Below are positions 52,400 to 64,000 of a stretch of DNA of 64,000 nt, in pieces. A program made the position numbers and the translations under genes. Under the pieces are notes generated by a model, which saw nothing but the letters and a program-made list of their open reading frames with translations, made no database searches and had not been told where the DNA came from. The stretch comes from Mobula hypostoma (taxonomy: Eukaryota): positions 60,824,001-60,888,000 of the forward strand of contig NC_086108.1 of NCBI RefSeq assembly GCF_963921235.1, given 5' to 3'. Position 1 is the first letter of the stretch; every line of letters starts with the position of its first letter.

Positions 52400-55170
52400 T
52401 CCATAAGACATAGGAACAGACTTAGGCAATTCAGCTCATCAAGTCTGTTCTGCCATTCCATCATGGCTGATTTATTGTCCCTTTCAACCCCATTCTCCTG
52501 ACTTCTCCCCATAACTTTTGACACCTTGATAAATCAAGAATATAATCAACCTCTGCCTTAAATATACACAGTGACTTGGCCTGCACGGCTGTCTGTGGCA
52601 AGTATTCCACAGAGTCACCACTATCTGACTAAAGAAATTCCTTATCTCTGCTAAATGGACATCCCTCAATTCTGAGGCTGTGCCCTCTGGTCCTAGACTC
52701 CCCCACTATAGGAGACATCCTCTCCACATCTGCTTCACCCAGACCTTTCAATATTCAACAGGTTGCAATGAGATTGCCACTCATTTTTCTAAACTCCAGT
52801 GAGTACGGTCCAGAGCCATCAAATGCTCCACATGTGCTAATCCTGTCATCCCTGGGATCATTCTCATGAGCCTCCTGCTAGCACACCTTTCCTTAGATAA
52901 GGGTCCAAATCTGTGCACAGTACTCCAAGTGCAGGCTGACCAATGCCTTATAAAGCCACAGCACTACATCCTTGCTTTCGTATTCTAGTCCTTTCAAAAT
53001 GAATGCGAACATTGCATTTGCCGTTCTTACTACCAACTCAAGTTGACCTTTTAGGAATCCTGCACGAAGACTCCCAAGTCCCTCTGACCTCTGATAATTT
53101 GAATTTTCTCCCCGTTTAGAAAATAGTCCAAGCCCATATTCCTTGTGCCAAAGTGCATGACTTTGCACTTCCCAACATTATATGCCACTTCTTTACCCAT
53201 GCCCCAATCTGCCTACGTCCTTCTGCAGGCAGTCTGCTTCCTCAACACTACCTGATACTCTACCTATTTTCATATCGTTCACAAACTTATCCACAAAGCC
53301 ATCAATTCCTTCATCCAAATCATTGACGTACAATGTGAAAAGAAGCAGTCTCAACTCTGGCCCCGGTGGCACAGCACTAGTTACCAGCAGCCAACCAGAA
53401 TAGGCCTCCTTTATTCCCGTTCTTTGCCTTCTGCTAGTCAGCCAATCTTCAACCCATGCTGGTAATATCATAGACTTTTGTTAAGCAGAATCATGTGCCG
53501 CAGCTTGACAAAGGCCTTCTGAAAATCCAAGTAAATCAACTGACTGTCTTGTCCATCCTGCCTGTTACTTCCTCAAAGAATTCCAACAGATTTGTCAGGC
53601 AAGATTTACCCTTTAGAAAACCACACTGAACTCGGCCTTTTTATGACGTGCCTCCAAGTACCCTGAGATCTCATTCCTAATAATAGACTCCAATGTCGTT
53701 CCAACCACAGATGCCAGGCTAACTGGCCTATAATTTCCTTTCTTCTGTGTCCCTCCCTTCTTAAAGTGTGGAGTGACATTTGCAATTTTCCAGTCCTCAG
53801 GAATCATTCTAGTGATTCTGGAAAGATCATTACCAATGCCTCCACAGTCTCTTCAGCTACCTCTTTCAGAACCCTCAGGTGTAATCCATCTCGTCCTGGT
53901 TACTTAACTACATTCATGCTTTTCAGTTTCCAAAGCACTTCTCCTTAGTAATAGCAAAGACACTCACTTCTGCCCCCTAACTCTCACATTGCTGGCATAC
54001 TGCTAGTGTCTTCCACAGTGAAGACTGATGCAAAATACTTACTAAGTTCAGTCACCATTTCTTTGTCCCCTATTTCTGTCTCTCCAGCTGCATTTTCCAG
54101 TGGTCTTATATCACTCTCATCCCTCTTTTACTCTTTATATAGCTTAAAAATACCTTCTGTACCCTCTTTTACATTATTGGCCACCTTACCTTCATATTTG
54201 ATCTTTTCTCTCTGTATGGCTTTTTATTTGCCTTTTGTTAGTTTTTAAAAGCTTCCCAGTTCTCTACATTCCCACTAATTTTTGCTGTATTATATGCTCT
54301 CTCTCTTGCTTTTATATTGTCTTTGACTTCCCTTGTTAGCCATGGTTGCCTCAGCCTCCCTTTAGAATTCTACTTCATCTTTGGAATGCATCTCTCCTGC
54401 ACCTTCTGAATTTTCTCCATGAACAGCAGCCATTCTTGTTCTGCCATCATCCCTGCTAGTGTCCCCTTCCAAACAACTTTGGCTAGCTTTCTCTCATGCC
54501 TCTAATTCTCTTTACTCCACTGTAATACTGATACATTTGATTTTAACTTCACTTTCTCAAACTGCAGGCTGAATTCTCTCACACTATGATCATTGACACC
54601 TAAAGTTTCCTTTACCTTAAGCTTCCTAATCAAATGTGGGTTATCCAGAATTGCCATTCTCCTTGTGGGCTCTACCAAAAGCTGCTCTAAAAAGCCATCT
54701 TGTAGGCATTCTACAATATCTCTCTTGGGATCCAGTACGAACTGGATTTTCACAATCTACCTGCATATTTGAATTCCCCATGACTATTACAACATTTCTC
54801 TTTTTACATGCCTTTTCTATTTCCCGTTGTAACTTGAGGCTCATGTCCTGGCTGCTGTTTGGAGGCCTGTATATAACTCCCATCAGGGTCTTTTTTCCCC
54901 CTTGCAGTTTCTTAAGCCTACCCTCAAGTCTTCTACATCTTCTGATTCTATGTTGCCTCTTTCCAAGGAATTGATTTCACTTTTTTGCCAATAGAGCCAC
55001 CCCACCTCCTCTGCCTACCTGCTCATCCTTTGGATACAATGTGTATCCTTGGGTGTTAAGCTCCCAACTATGATCTTCTTTCAGCCACGACTCAGATGCC
55101 CATATCATCATACCTGCCAATCTCTAAATGCAGCACAAGGTCATTACCTTATTCTATATTCTGCATGCAT
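52400..55170 (-). mobile_element. CR1 LINE ORF2, decayed, in the region 3' of prkaa2
   Basis: GVIYRPPNS; PEDWKIANVTP.FKKG..GNYRPVSL; LYKALV..HLEYCAQ; tail at the left end. Confidence 0.9.
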
Positions 55171-55912
55171 TATAGATCGATACCAATAAAAAGTAATATA
55201 CTACCTCTTATTTTAGCTTTCTTATGTAATTTTAATTAGTTAAATGCAGAACCAATTTAGTGAAACCTTGCAGTACTCATTGTTGATAATAAGGAATGAC
55301 AGGTTTTAAGATGATTAAAATACAGCCCATGTTTTGATTTCTTCCTTGTTTAATCAATCTTCCGCAGGCCTTGATGCTGAAAGTGTAGAACCACAGATGC
55401 ATTGACCATGTAGATATTTAGTCTTTTAAACAACTTGATAACTTGTCAAAACATATAGAAATAAAAATAGTGCACAAGGATAGCAGATAGATTAAAATGT
55501 TCTGTTTCAGGTGTCTCTAAACAGAATTTTGGATGTGTTGCTTGTAATATGTTCAATACAAACTGTGACATTATAATAATGCCAGTAGGAACCAGAGTGT
55601 GCTGTTTGTTCATAAATCGCTAATATCTTGAAGAAAACACTAAATTTGTTTTTTTAAATTCTTCAATGTTGAAGCAGAGAAACAAAAGCATTGTAAATAT
55701 TTTATACTAATAAGGTTGAGTTTTAAAATTTATTATTCCAACTGAATTCACTGGTTGCTGGTATCCCCTTTTAAACCTGATTCATCATGTTTAAGACATG
55801 AAACAGGTTTGTAAATCAATTTTGCACAAATGTAGCTAACTATTAATACCTGAATGTAGTTGACAGCTGATGAAACCATTACCTTTCTAAAGTACAGTAT
55901 AGTCCAGCTGAA

Positions 55913-56225
55913 TAGAATAGAATAGGACTTTATTGCCAGTGCTCAAGAAAGCGAGATTGTGGTGCTACTCTTGTCCATGCAAAACATATTTACAATGCAT
56001 GTGGTATAGCTTAAGTAATAAAAACAAATTCCCATATTTGTATGCAAAAAGGGGCTTCAATAGTCCATAACACTCAAAGGCTGTGGTGCAGCATTATTCA
56101 GCTGTATAACTGCCCTCGGGAAGAAACTGCTTTTCAATCTTACTCTCTTGGCTAAGATGTTTCTGTGTCTCCTACCAGATGGCAGGAGACTGAACAGACT
56201 GTGTCCAGTATGGGCTGGGTCTTTA
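55913..56225 (-). mobile_element. LINE 3' end with (CTATT)n tail
   Basis: aatagaatagaatag run; the minus strand encodes LFSLLPSGRR...SFFPRA-like sequence. Confidence 0.6.
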
Positions 56226-57263
56226 GGCAGAAAACATTAATGACTTATTTTAGCAGCTGATGGGGGGAAACAATGTTAGTTGATGCTTCAAGTTTAACAG
56301 ATATTTCCTCAACTTGGCATCCTGTTCCTGCAATCTTACTGTAAATCCATGTATTTACTCCCTGTACACTTAGTGTACTTAGAGCTTCAGCTCAGCTAGT
56401 AGCACTTGCCTTTTTTCAGAACGTTGTTGGTCTAGTCTTGCTCTAGATACCCTTGACAGTGAGATCTAAGCTGATACTCAAGTACTACCATTGCAGATGC
56501 TGTCTTGTTTTCGCAAATGGAAGGTCGGCACTCAAGTTCTATGGACATTATTTTTCAATCAATGTGACTATTCAATCTATCACTTGGTCATTATTGCCTC
56601 ACTATTTCTATTTGAATACATTGGTTGTGCTGTTTCCTACATTACGTCAGTGACAGGACTCAATAGTTATTATAAACAGCTTTGGGATTTTCCTGAGTTT
56701 GTATTAATGCAAGTCTTACCTGAATTAGTTTTTTTCTCCTCCGCTAAAACTATGTAGCCTGAATTAAAATTGAGTTATCTGCTGATTGTTTTGAATAAAA
56801 CAGCATTGTGGTTGTTTAATAGTTGACTGATAATTTCAGCAGCATTTTTACCACAAGCTGTAATGCAAATTAGAGCTGAAGAAACTAAGATACACAGAAA
56901 ACACAGGCTCCAGAAAGTTTCCACATTATTATGTATACTGTGGAAAGTAACCATTGTGCAGAAATCAGAACAGTTTTTCTGTTCTATCATATTTTGAGGA
57001 TGAATTTCTCTAACGTAATTTTCCTTTGCGCAACTGTAAGGTAGCATTTGGTTAAATAGCATGATTACACCAATGGTATCATTTTGTAAAGAGACAGTTT
57101 ATAGTCAATATAAGGGTTGTGTGTATGGTAATGTGGTGTATGGAACTAGATTCTGTACTGTTTGCCAGGTAGTATGAAGTTTAATCCTATCCTAATTTTC
57201 TCACTTTAATAAATTACTTCATTGGCTGGGAGTGCTTCATAATACCAGAGTTCAAAGGGAGTA

Positions 57264-59856
57264 CACTGGATTCCAATTAATTTGGACACATTGGGACCAG
57301 TGTATTTTGGCCCAGTTAAGCAACTGTCCCAATTAGCCAAAGTTTCATGGAAATACTTAAAGGTATATATAAAAAAAGCAAATGATCGTTTAACTGATTA
57401 ACAAATTATGTATTTACATGACATACAGAACAAATTGGAACACTACCAATACTACTACAGTACTATAAAACTGTTAGTTCATGATTGTTATTGGAGGAAT
57501 TCATCCTGAGTACACTGTCATGTTTTTTTTGATTGACTATAAATGAACAGCATCAGCACAGTCACTTAATACAAATAATGGACTGTCTTTATACAATGCT
57601 TTTGATGATTGCATCCTCCAAATCTTCATTTTCATTGTAACATTCAAGATGGTCCTCTTGAAGATCAGAGTGGTCGGCTTTGTGCGGAACCAAGGAAATG
57701 GGGGAGATCTTAAATAGGTCTTTTGCGTCTGTATTTACTAAGGAAGCTGGCATGAAATCTATGGAATTGAGGGAATCAAGTAGTGAGACCATGGAAACTG
57801 TACAGATTGAAAAGGAGGAGGTGCTTGCTGTCTTGAGCAAAATTAAAGTGGATAAATCCCCGGGACCTGACAGGGTGTTCCCTCGGACCTTGAAGGAGAC
57901 TAGTGTTGAAATTGCGGGGGCCCTGGCAGAAATATTTAAAATGTCGCTGTCTACGGGTGAAGTGCCGGAGGATTGGAGAGTGGCGCATGTTGTTCCGTTG
58001 TTTAAAAAAGGATCGAAAAGTAATCCGGGAAATTATAGGCCGGTGAGTTTAACGTCAGTAGTAGGTAAGTTATTGGAGGGAGTACTTAGAGACAGAATCT
58101 ACAAGCAGTTGGATAGACAGGGGCTTATTAGGGAGAGTCAACATGGCTTTGTGCATGGTAGGTCATGTTTGACCAATCTATTGGAGTTTTTCGAGGAGGT
58201 TACCAGGAAAGTGGATGAAGGGAAGGCAGTGGATATTGTCTACATGGACTTCAGTAAGGCCTTTGACAAGGTCCCGCATAGGAGGTTAGTTAGGAAAATT
58301 CAGTGGCTAGGTATACATGGAGAGGTGGTAAATTGGATTAGACATTGGCTCGATGGAAGAAGCCAGAGAGTGGTGGTAGAGAATTGCTTCTCTGAGTGGA
58401 GGCCTGTGACTAGTGGTGTGCCACAGGGATCAGTGCTGGGTCCATTGTTATTTGTCATCTATATCAATGATCTGGATGATAATGTGGTAAATTGGATCAG
58501 CAAGTTTGCTGATGATACAAAGATTGGAGGAGTAGTAGACAGCGAGGAAGGTTTTCAGAGCCTGCAGAAGGACTTGGACCATCTGGAAAAATGGGCTGAA
58601 AAATGGCAGATGGAGTTTAATACTGACAAGTGTGAGGTATTGCACGTTGGAAGGACAAACCAACGTAGAACATACAGGGTTAATGGTAAGGCACTGAGGA
58701 GTGCAGTGGAACAGAGGGATCTGGGAATACAGATACAAAATTCCCTAAAAGTGTCGTCACAGGTAGATAGGGTCGTAAAGAGAGCTTTTGGTACATTGGC
58801 CTTTATTAATCTAAGTATTGAGTATAAGAGCTGGAATGTTATGATGAGGTAGTATAAGGCATTGGTGAGGCCGAATCTGGAGTATTGTGTTCAGTTTTGG
58901 TCACCGAATTACAGGAAGGATATAAATAAGGTTGAAAGAATGCAGAGAAGGTTTACAAGGATGTTGCCGGGACTTGAGAAACTCAGTTACAGAGGAAGGT
59001 TGAATAGGTTAGGACTTTATTCCCTGGAGTGTAGAAAATGAGGGGAGATTTGATAGAGGTATATAAAATTATAATGGGTATAGATAGAGTGAATGCAAGC
59101 AGGCTTTTTCCACTGAGGCAAGGGGAGAAAAAAACCATAGGACATGGGTTAAGGGTGAGGGGGGAAAAGGTTAAAGGGAACATTGGGGGGGGGCTTCTTC
59201 ACACAGAGAGTGGTGGGAGTATGGAATGAGCTGCCAGACGAGGTGGTAAATGCGGGTTCTTTTTTAACATTTAAGAATAAATTGGACAGATACATGGATG
59301 GGAGGTGTATGGAGGGATATGGTCCGTGTGCAGGTCAGTGGGACTAGGCAGAAAATGGTTCGGCACAGCCAAGAAGGGCCAAAAGGCCTGTTTCTGTGCT
59401 GTAGTTTCTATGGTTCTATGATTGTTGATGCCTTCAAATTCTTAATAGTTCCTAACTTGTTGAAGTAGTGAAATTGTTTTATTTTCACTCCTGGCAGTTT
59501 TTTTGGCATCTCCAAGCCAAAATCCTGAAACCTCAATGAGCTAAACAGTTCTGAATTCTTACTGCTTATTTCTCACCAACCATCAGTAAGAAAAATCACT
59601 ATTGAACGCCAACACATGAAACTATTTAAAAACTGATTACTCCAAGTATGGTGTAGTGTCTAACGGCCACACAAGTGCACGTGACAGATGCTAGTTAGAA
59701 ACAGTTCGGCAACAGCCACTTGTCCCATTAAAGTGGTGTAGTGGGAAATTGAAGGGAATCCCAGCTATTTTCTTGATTAGTTTTTATTATTTAAGAATTG
59801 TCCCAAATCAGCAGCTGCCCCAATTAACTGATAGCCCAATTAACTGGAATCCACCG
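57264..59856. mobile_element. Tc1/mariner (Tigger/pogo-like) non-autonomous DNA transposon split by a CR1
   Basis: TA-flanked TIRs: CACTGGATTCCAATTAATTTGG on the left and the reverse complement of CGGTGGATTCCAGTTAATTGGG on the right. Confidence 0.75.
57652..59420 (+). mobile_element. young 5'-truncated CR1 LINE with an open 390-codon RT frame (57680-58852)
   Basis: Complete RT motifs (NYRPVSLTS, QHGF, YMDFSKAFDKVPH, GVPQGSVLGP, FADD); premature TAG at 58850; (TTCTATG) tail. Confidence 0.93.
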
Positions 59857-62800
59857 TATTATAAATGCAGTTCTTTTACCTCCCTAACTTTCAAAATATG
59901 TACTTAAGTTGTGGGAAGGAGGAAATTCATGTAGAATGGAAATTAAGTGGCAAGCATTATTAGATGAAGGGGTAGAAGTGCAGAAGCTGTCATTTCTGGC
60001 TTTCTTCTGACTTGTAAATAACAATGTTCTGCTGCCTAGGAACATCAGTACTTGGATAATCATTGATCACTTTCAGATTTTGGTGTAAAAGTGACCAGTC
60101 TTGTTTCAAGCAGATTCATTCTTAATAGCTTAAAATATTTTAATCAATGGACTTCCATTTTGAATGCAATCTATGTACGGTTTTTAAATGATTCATATAA
60201 TTAATCTTTTCAGTGTCCTTACGAGAAGTATTAAGTTACATAAAAGAGAAACAAATGCATTAAAATGGACACTTCATACCTTGCATTTTATTTGAAAATG
60301 TAGCTTAGCACATGCATTACTTCAGATATTCATGGATTTTAATAATACAAACCTGTAATTATATAATGACTGACTGTGTGACAATGTTATTAACAAAATG
60401 CCAGTTTTACAGGTTTCTGAGGTATCTAATAATATGGTATAAATGAGTAGTAAAGCAGTTCAGTTACTTTGCTAACTGATAGTATCAGTTTAAATATTTT
60501 ATTGTTCTTCACATTTAAACTTACAAATGCATTAACTTTTTTGGAGTAGTTTTTAATGGTGTGAAATGCAAATAGAGTTGTTAATTGAACTGTAAAAGTA
60601 ATTAAACCAATGGCCACATGTCAGATTAAAGTATTAGACCATGGAAACTTTAACTGCTTGGTCTTTTCAGTGCTATTAGCTTCAAATATCACATGATGGC
60701 CTGTATATCATGACTACAATACTTAGTGTATTTTGTCTGCACTAGGCAAGCTGTAGATACTGGTGTACTTCAAGTATTCAGAATAATATAAAACTATGTG
60801 AAATAAGTATTCAGACTAATACAAAGCTTTGAAAATTTGTTCTGAAATTATTTTCATATATCTATGTAGAACTCAGCATTTATAATGTTTGGAGTGAACA
60901 TTTGAAAGGGAATTTTAGTTTGAGGTAAATTTTGTTATTTGTTGAATATACTGATGCCCTAGGCAGAATAAGTTTAACATGAAAAACTTGGCTCATTAGT
61001 GCAGTTTTGAGTCAAAGATGTGAATTGGAAATAAAAATATGGATTGTTCATAAATGGAGTCAGCTGACAAAACCCAAGCCATATAACACTACTGATGCAC
61101 TTCTTCGATCGTTACTGAAGTAAAACAAGTGGCAGAATTGTTAGATGGAACTGTGTATGTAAGGTATTAATGCCATTTTCCTTTCTTTCTGGTCAATCAC
61201 TGCATTATAGCAGCAGTGAAGCAATTTGGCTATATGTACAGTTTATTTGCAGAACTTATTGTTTGCTCCAGAGTAGGGATGCCTGTTGTGTCACTATTAA
61301 TCCAGATAATAGTGTGCAATTGATTATCAGAAGACTGATGTGTGTTTTGCCAAAGATCTCAAGAACAGCCTGAAGTGGATCATCCTCTTTAACTCCGGGC
61401 TGTAAGTATTTGCAAACATGTCAATCTTAGCATTTTTGCACTGAGGGCTCTGCCTTCATTGAGGATGGAAATATTCATAATGCTCCTCTCTTGTAATTTG
61501 GTGTAGTTTTCCATCTATGTACGTGGGTAGGCTATTGTTTAAAGAATGCTACTTCTGCTGTTAAGGTACGTGTTGTAAAATTAGTGTTGGTATCTCATTT
61601 TCAAAAGTACTTACACTGTTTAACATTTATTTCTACATTCCTCATTGAACTGGAATTGGTTTTCTGGCTGAATGGTACTCATAAGGAGAGATTTACAGGA
61701 CCATGAGTTTTGAAATTGTTAGAATATGATTTTGGTGCTGTTTTACAACTGGCTAACAGAGTTACTGGGTTTTGCTTCATATCAACTAACAGATGACAAA
61801 TATTGAAGTATGTACCAAGTCTGACTTTTTACCTTTTTTGTTTCAAGATTGGTGGTCAATGTCATTAATACTATCATGAACAAATGCTTTTTTTTAATGC
61901 AGATTAGCAAAGATTGATTCATGTAATGTTTTCTCTCATTGGATTTTGTAGGCCCAGGCTTAGTACTGTTCAGCAATCTGGATTACTAGCTCAGATTATT
62001 ATTTAAAATAGAAATGTAACATGGATAAAGGGTAATTTGAACATCAAGGTTAAAATAATCACTATTTAAAAATGAAGACTTAGTCATCACTTTTTTTTTA
62101 ATATAAACGGGTATAATTTCTTTAAATGAACATCCATCACTCCAATGCCAGAAAGTCAGTTGGCAGTGATTAATAAAGGCAAACAATATTGCATTAATTA
62201 GTTTAAGTGGGAAAATTGTGCATATTTATATGTGGGAAGGATTGACTATGCTGTGTGAAGTTGATCATGGAATACATCTTGCTGCCTTTTATAGTTTGGA
62301 CCCATCATACACGGTAAAGCAATGTGTTGATTTTGGCCCTTGTTATAATTGTCTGCTGTTGTTGCCTTAAAACTTGGATATTATTTCATCCCAGTAGCTT
62401 TATTGTTTTATACATTTATATATTCATTTTTCCTATTTGCAAGAATCAAATAATTGAAAGAGAAAAACTGCTAGAGATGCTCAGTAGGTCAGACAGCATC
62501 TGCATAGGAAAATGGGTTGATGCTTCTACAATGGATATACTGACTTTGCAAAAGATGCCAACTGATCTGCAGATGTACATGTTCTGTTTTTATTTCAGAT
62601 TTCCGCAATGTTTTATGTTTGTGTAACAGTATTAAATATGTTGGTTTTCCAGTAGAATTTGTGAAAGTAATGCTATTTCTTGTTTCTAATCCACTGGTCA
62701 TGTTTTTGTATAATTGCAATGTGTCAAAGTTTGTGTATTACTCTACTTGGATGTACATGAATAGGAATCGGTGAATTTGGAGTGCCTGATTTTACATTGT

Positions 62801-64000
62801 TTATCTTATGACAGTTAACCTCAACTGGAATATTGACATTTTTGCCATTAATTAGTCTTCGGTAGGTTTATAAAATTCCAATTTTTAAAAACCAATTTCT
62901 AGGTTTGTTTTTATCTGCATTAATACAAAGTTCAATTCTCTGGCATTGCTTTGATTTGCTGAATATATGGCCCAAGTCGGATTCCATTTTGAGTAAGCTA
63001 AAATATTAACCCGGGAGATAGTTTAAAAACACTATAATGTAATCCTAGAAATTACAGAAAGGTGGTGAACGTATATGACATCAGGTAGCCAGTGGGAGCT
63101 TGTACCTTCATTTTCATGGCTTGAGCCTGCTGCAGATTTTATCGGTTGTCAAATCTCTGCCTGCTGTAATGCTTCTTGGGATACTCTCATATACACTACA
63201 GAATTATGGTCTTCCATATTGAATCTGGTAACTCAGATGCAAAAGAATAGCTGTTATTTCTTGGAGTATGCATTCAGTGGTGGATTCAAGTACAGTACAA
63301 GGTTCAAATTGAGGGTATGCACAAAGTTTTATTATATTGTTGCACTTGTGCTATAGCTGCAAATGTGTCAATTTGGGAAGTATATGCATTCAGTACCAGG
63401 TTGCTCGGCCTTTAACAGCAAATTAGTTACCAATAACAATACATTTGATTAGTTTCACTATTTCTGCATGATGAGCACTGAGTTTTGACAGTTTGTGACA
63501 TGTACTTTTGTGGTATCAGAAGATATTGGCCATTCTGATTGGTGTGCAACTTGTCTTTGTTTTTGAAATGTAATGCACTGCATGATATGGTTGCTATTTG
63601 CACTTTAATAAAATCAGAGAATACTATGTTTCTGTTTTTTTTTAAATGTCTTTTCTTGTGGAAGGCCACTGGTTTTCAGGTATTGTTGAAGTTTCTTTTA
63701 TGTTTTCAGGCTGCATGTCCTCCCATCCCAAGCAAGTAACATTCAGCATTAATGAATATTGGACTGACATATTCATGAACATGCTGAAAATCAAGATTGT
63801 GCTTGGGCAGGTGAGGAGCTGTGGTGGCATTTTAAAAAAATATTTCCTTTCATAAAGTGCGTAGTCTAGTCTAAAAGCATTCATTACTTTTAACTCAGCC
63901 CATTCAACCAACTGAACAAGTCCTTACATTGTATACCTTGTTTTTCATGCTTTTCTTGACCCTGGGAACCTTGCATCATTCCAGATCTAAGGTGGATGAG

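Noticed and set aside
57680..58852. 390-aa reverse transcriptase ORF as a host gene or novel RT system
   Set aside because: It is a 5'-truncated CR1 with no ATG start at the ORF beginning, a premature stop and a standard CR1 tail.

Overview
Eukaryotic (vertebrate) genomic DNA. The repeat content (CR1, Rex/Babar-like LINEs, V-SINE-type tRNA SINEs, Penelope remnants) suggests a cartilaginous fish such as a ray; this is an inference. The only host gene I can support is a complete 9-exon prkaa2 (AMPK catalytic subunit alpha-2) on the + strand: ATG 23708 to TGA 47271, 1662 nt CDS, 553 aa, all introns GT-AG and in phase, with a CpG-rich promoter. The rest is mostly decayed and often nested transposons: an ORF1-only I/Nimb-like LINE with an 11-bp TSD, a Gypsy provirus carrying four nested insertions, many CR1 and Rex-like fragments, MITEs, and three copies of a ~0.65-kb non-tRNA short retroelement. 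The most notable observations are: (i) tandem minimal hammerhead ribozymes in a Penelope remnant on the sense strand of prkaa2 intron 2; (ii) an atypical GA/GTTAAGT 5' splice site at intron 1; (iii) the ORF2-less LINE; (iv) the short element family with YY1 and NRF1 motifs; (v) substitutions at normally conserved AMPK residues; (vi) a 22-bp palindrome containing a POU MORE site. Repeat boundaries are approximate unless a TSD or TIR is quoted. Comparisons with human AMPK are from memory and should be verified.
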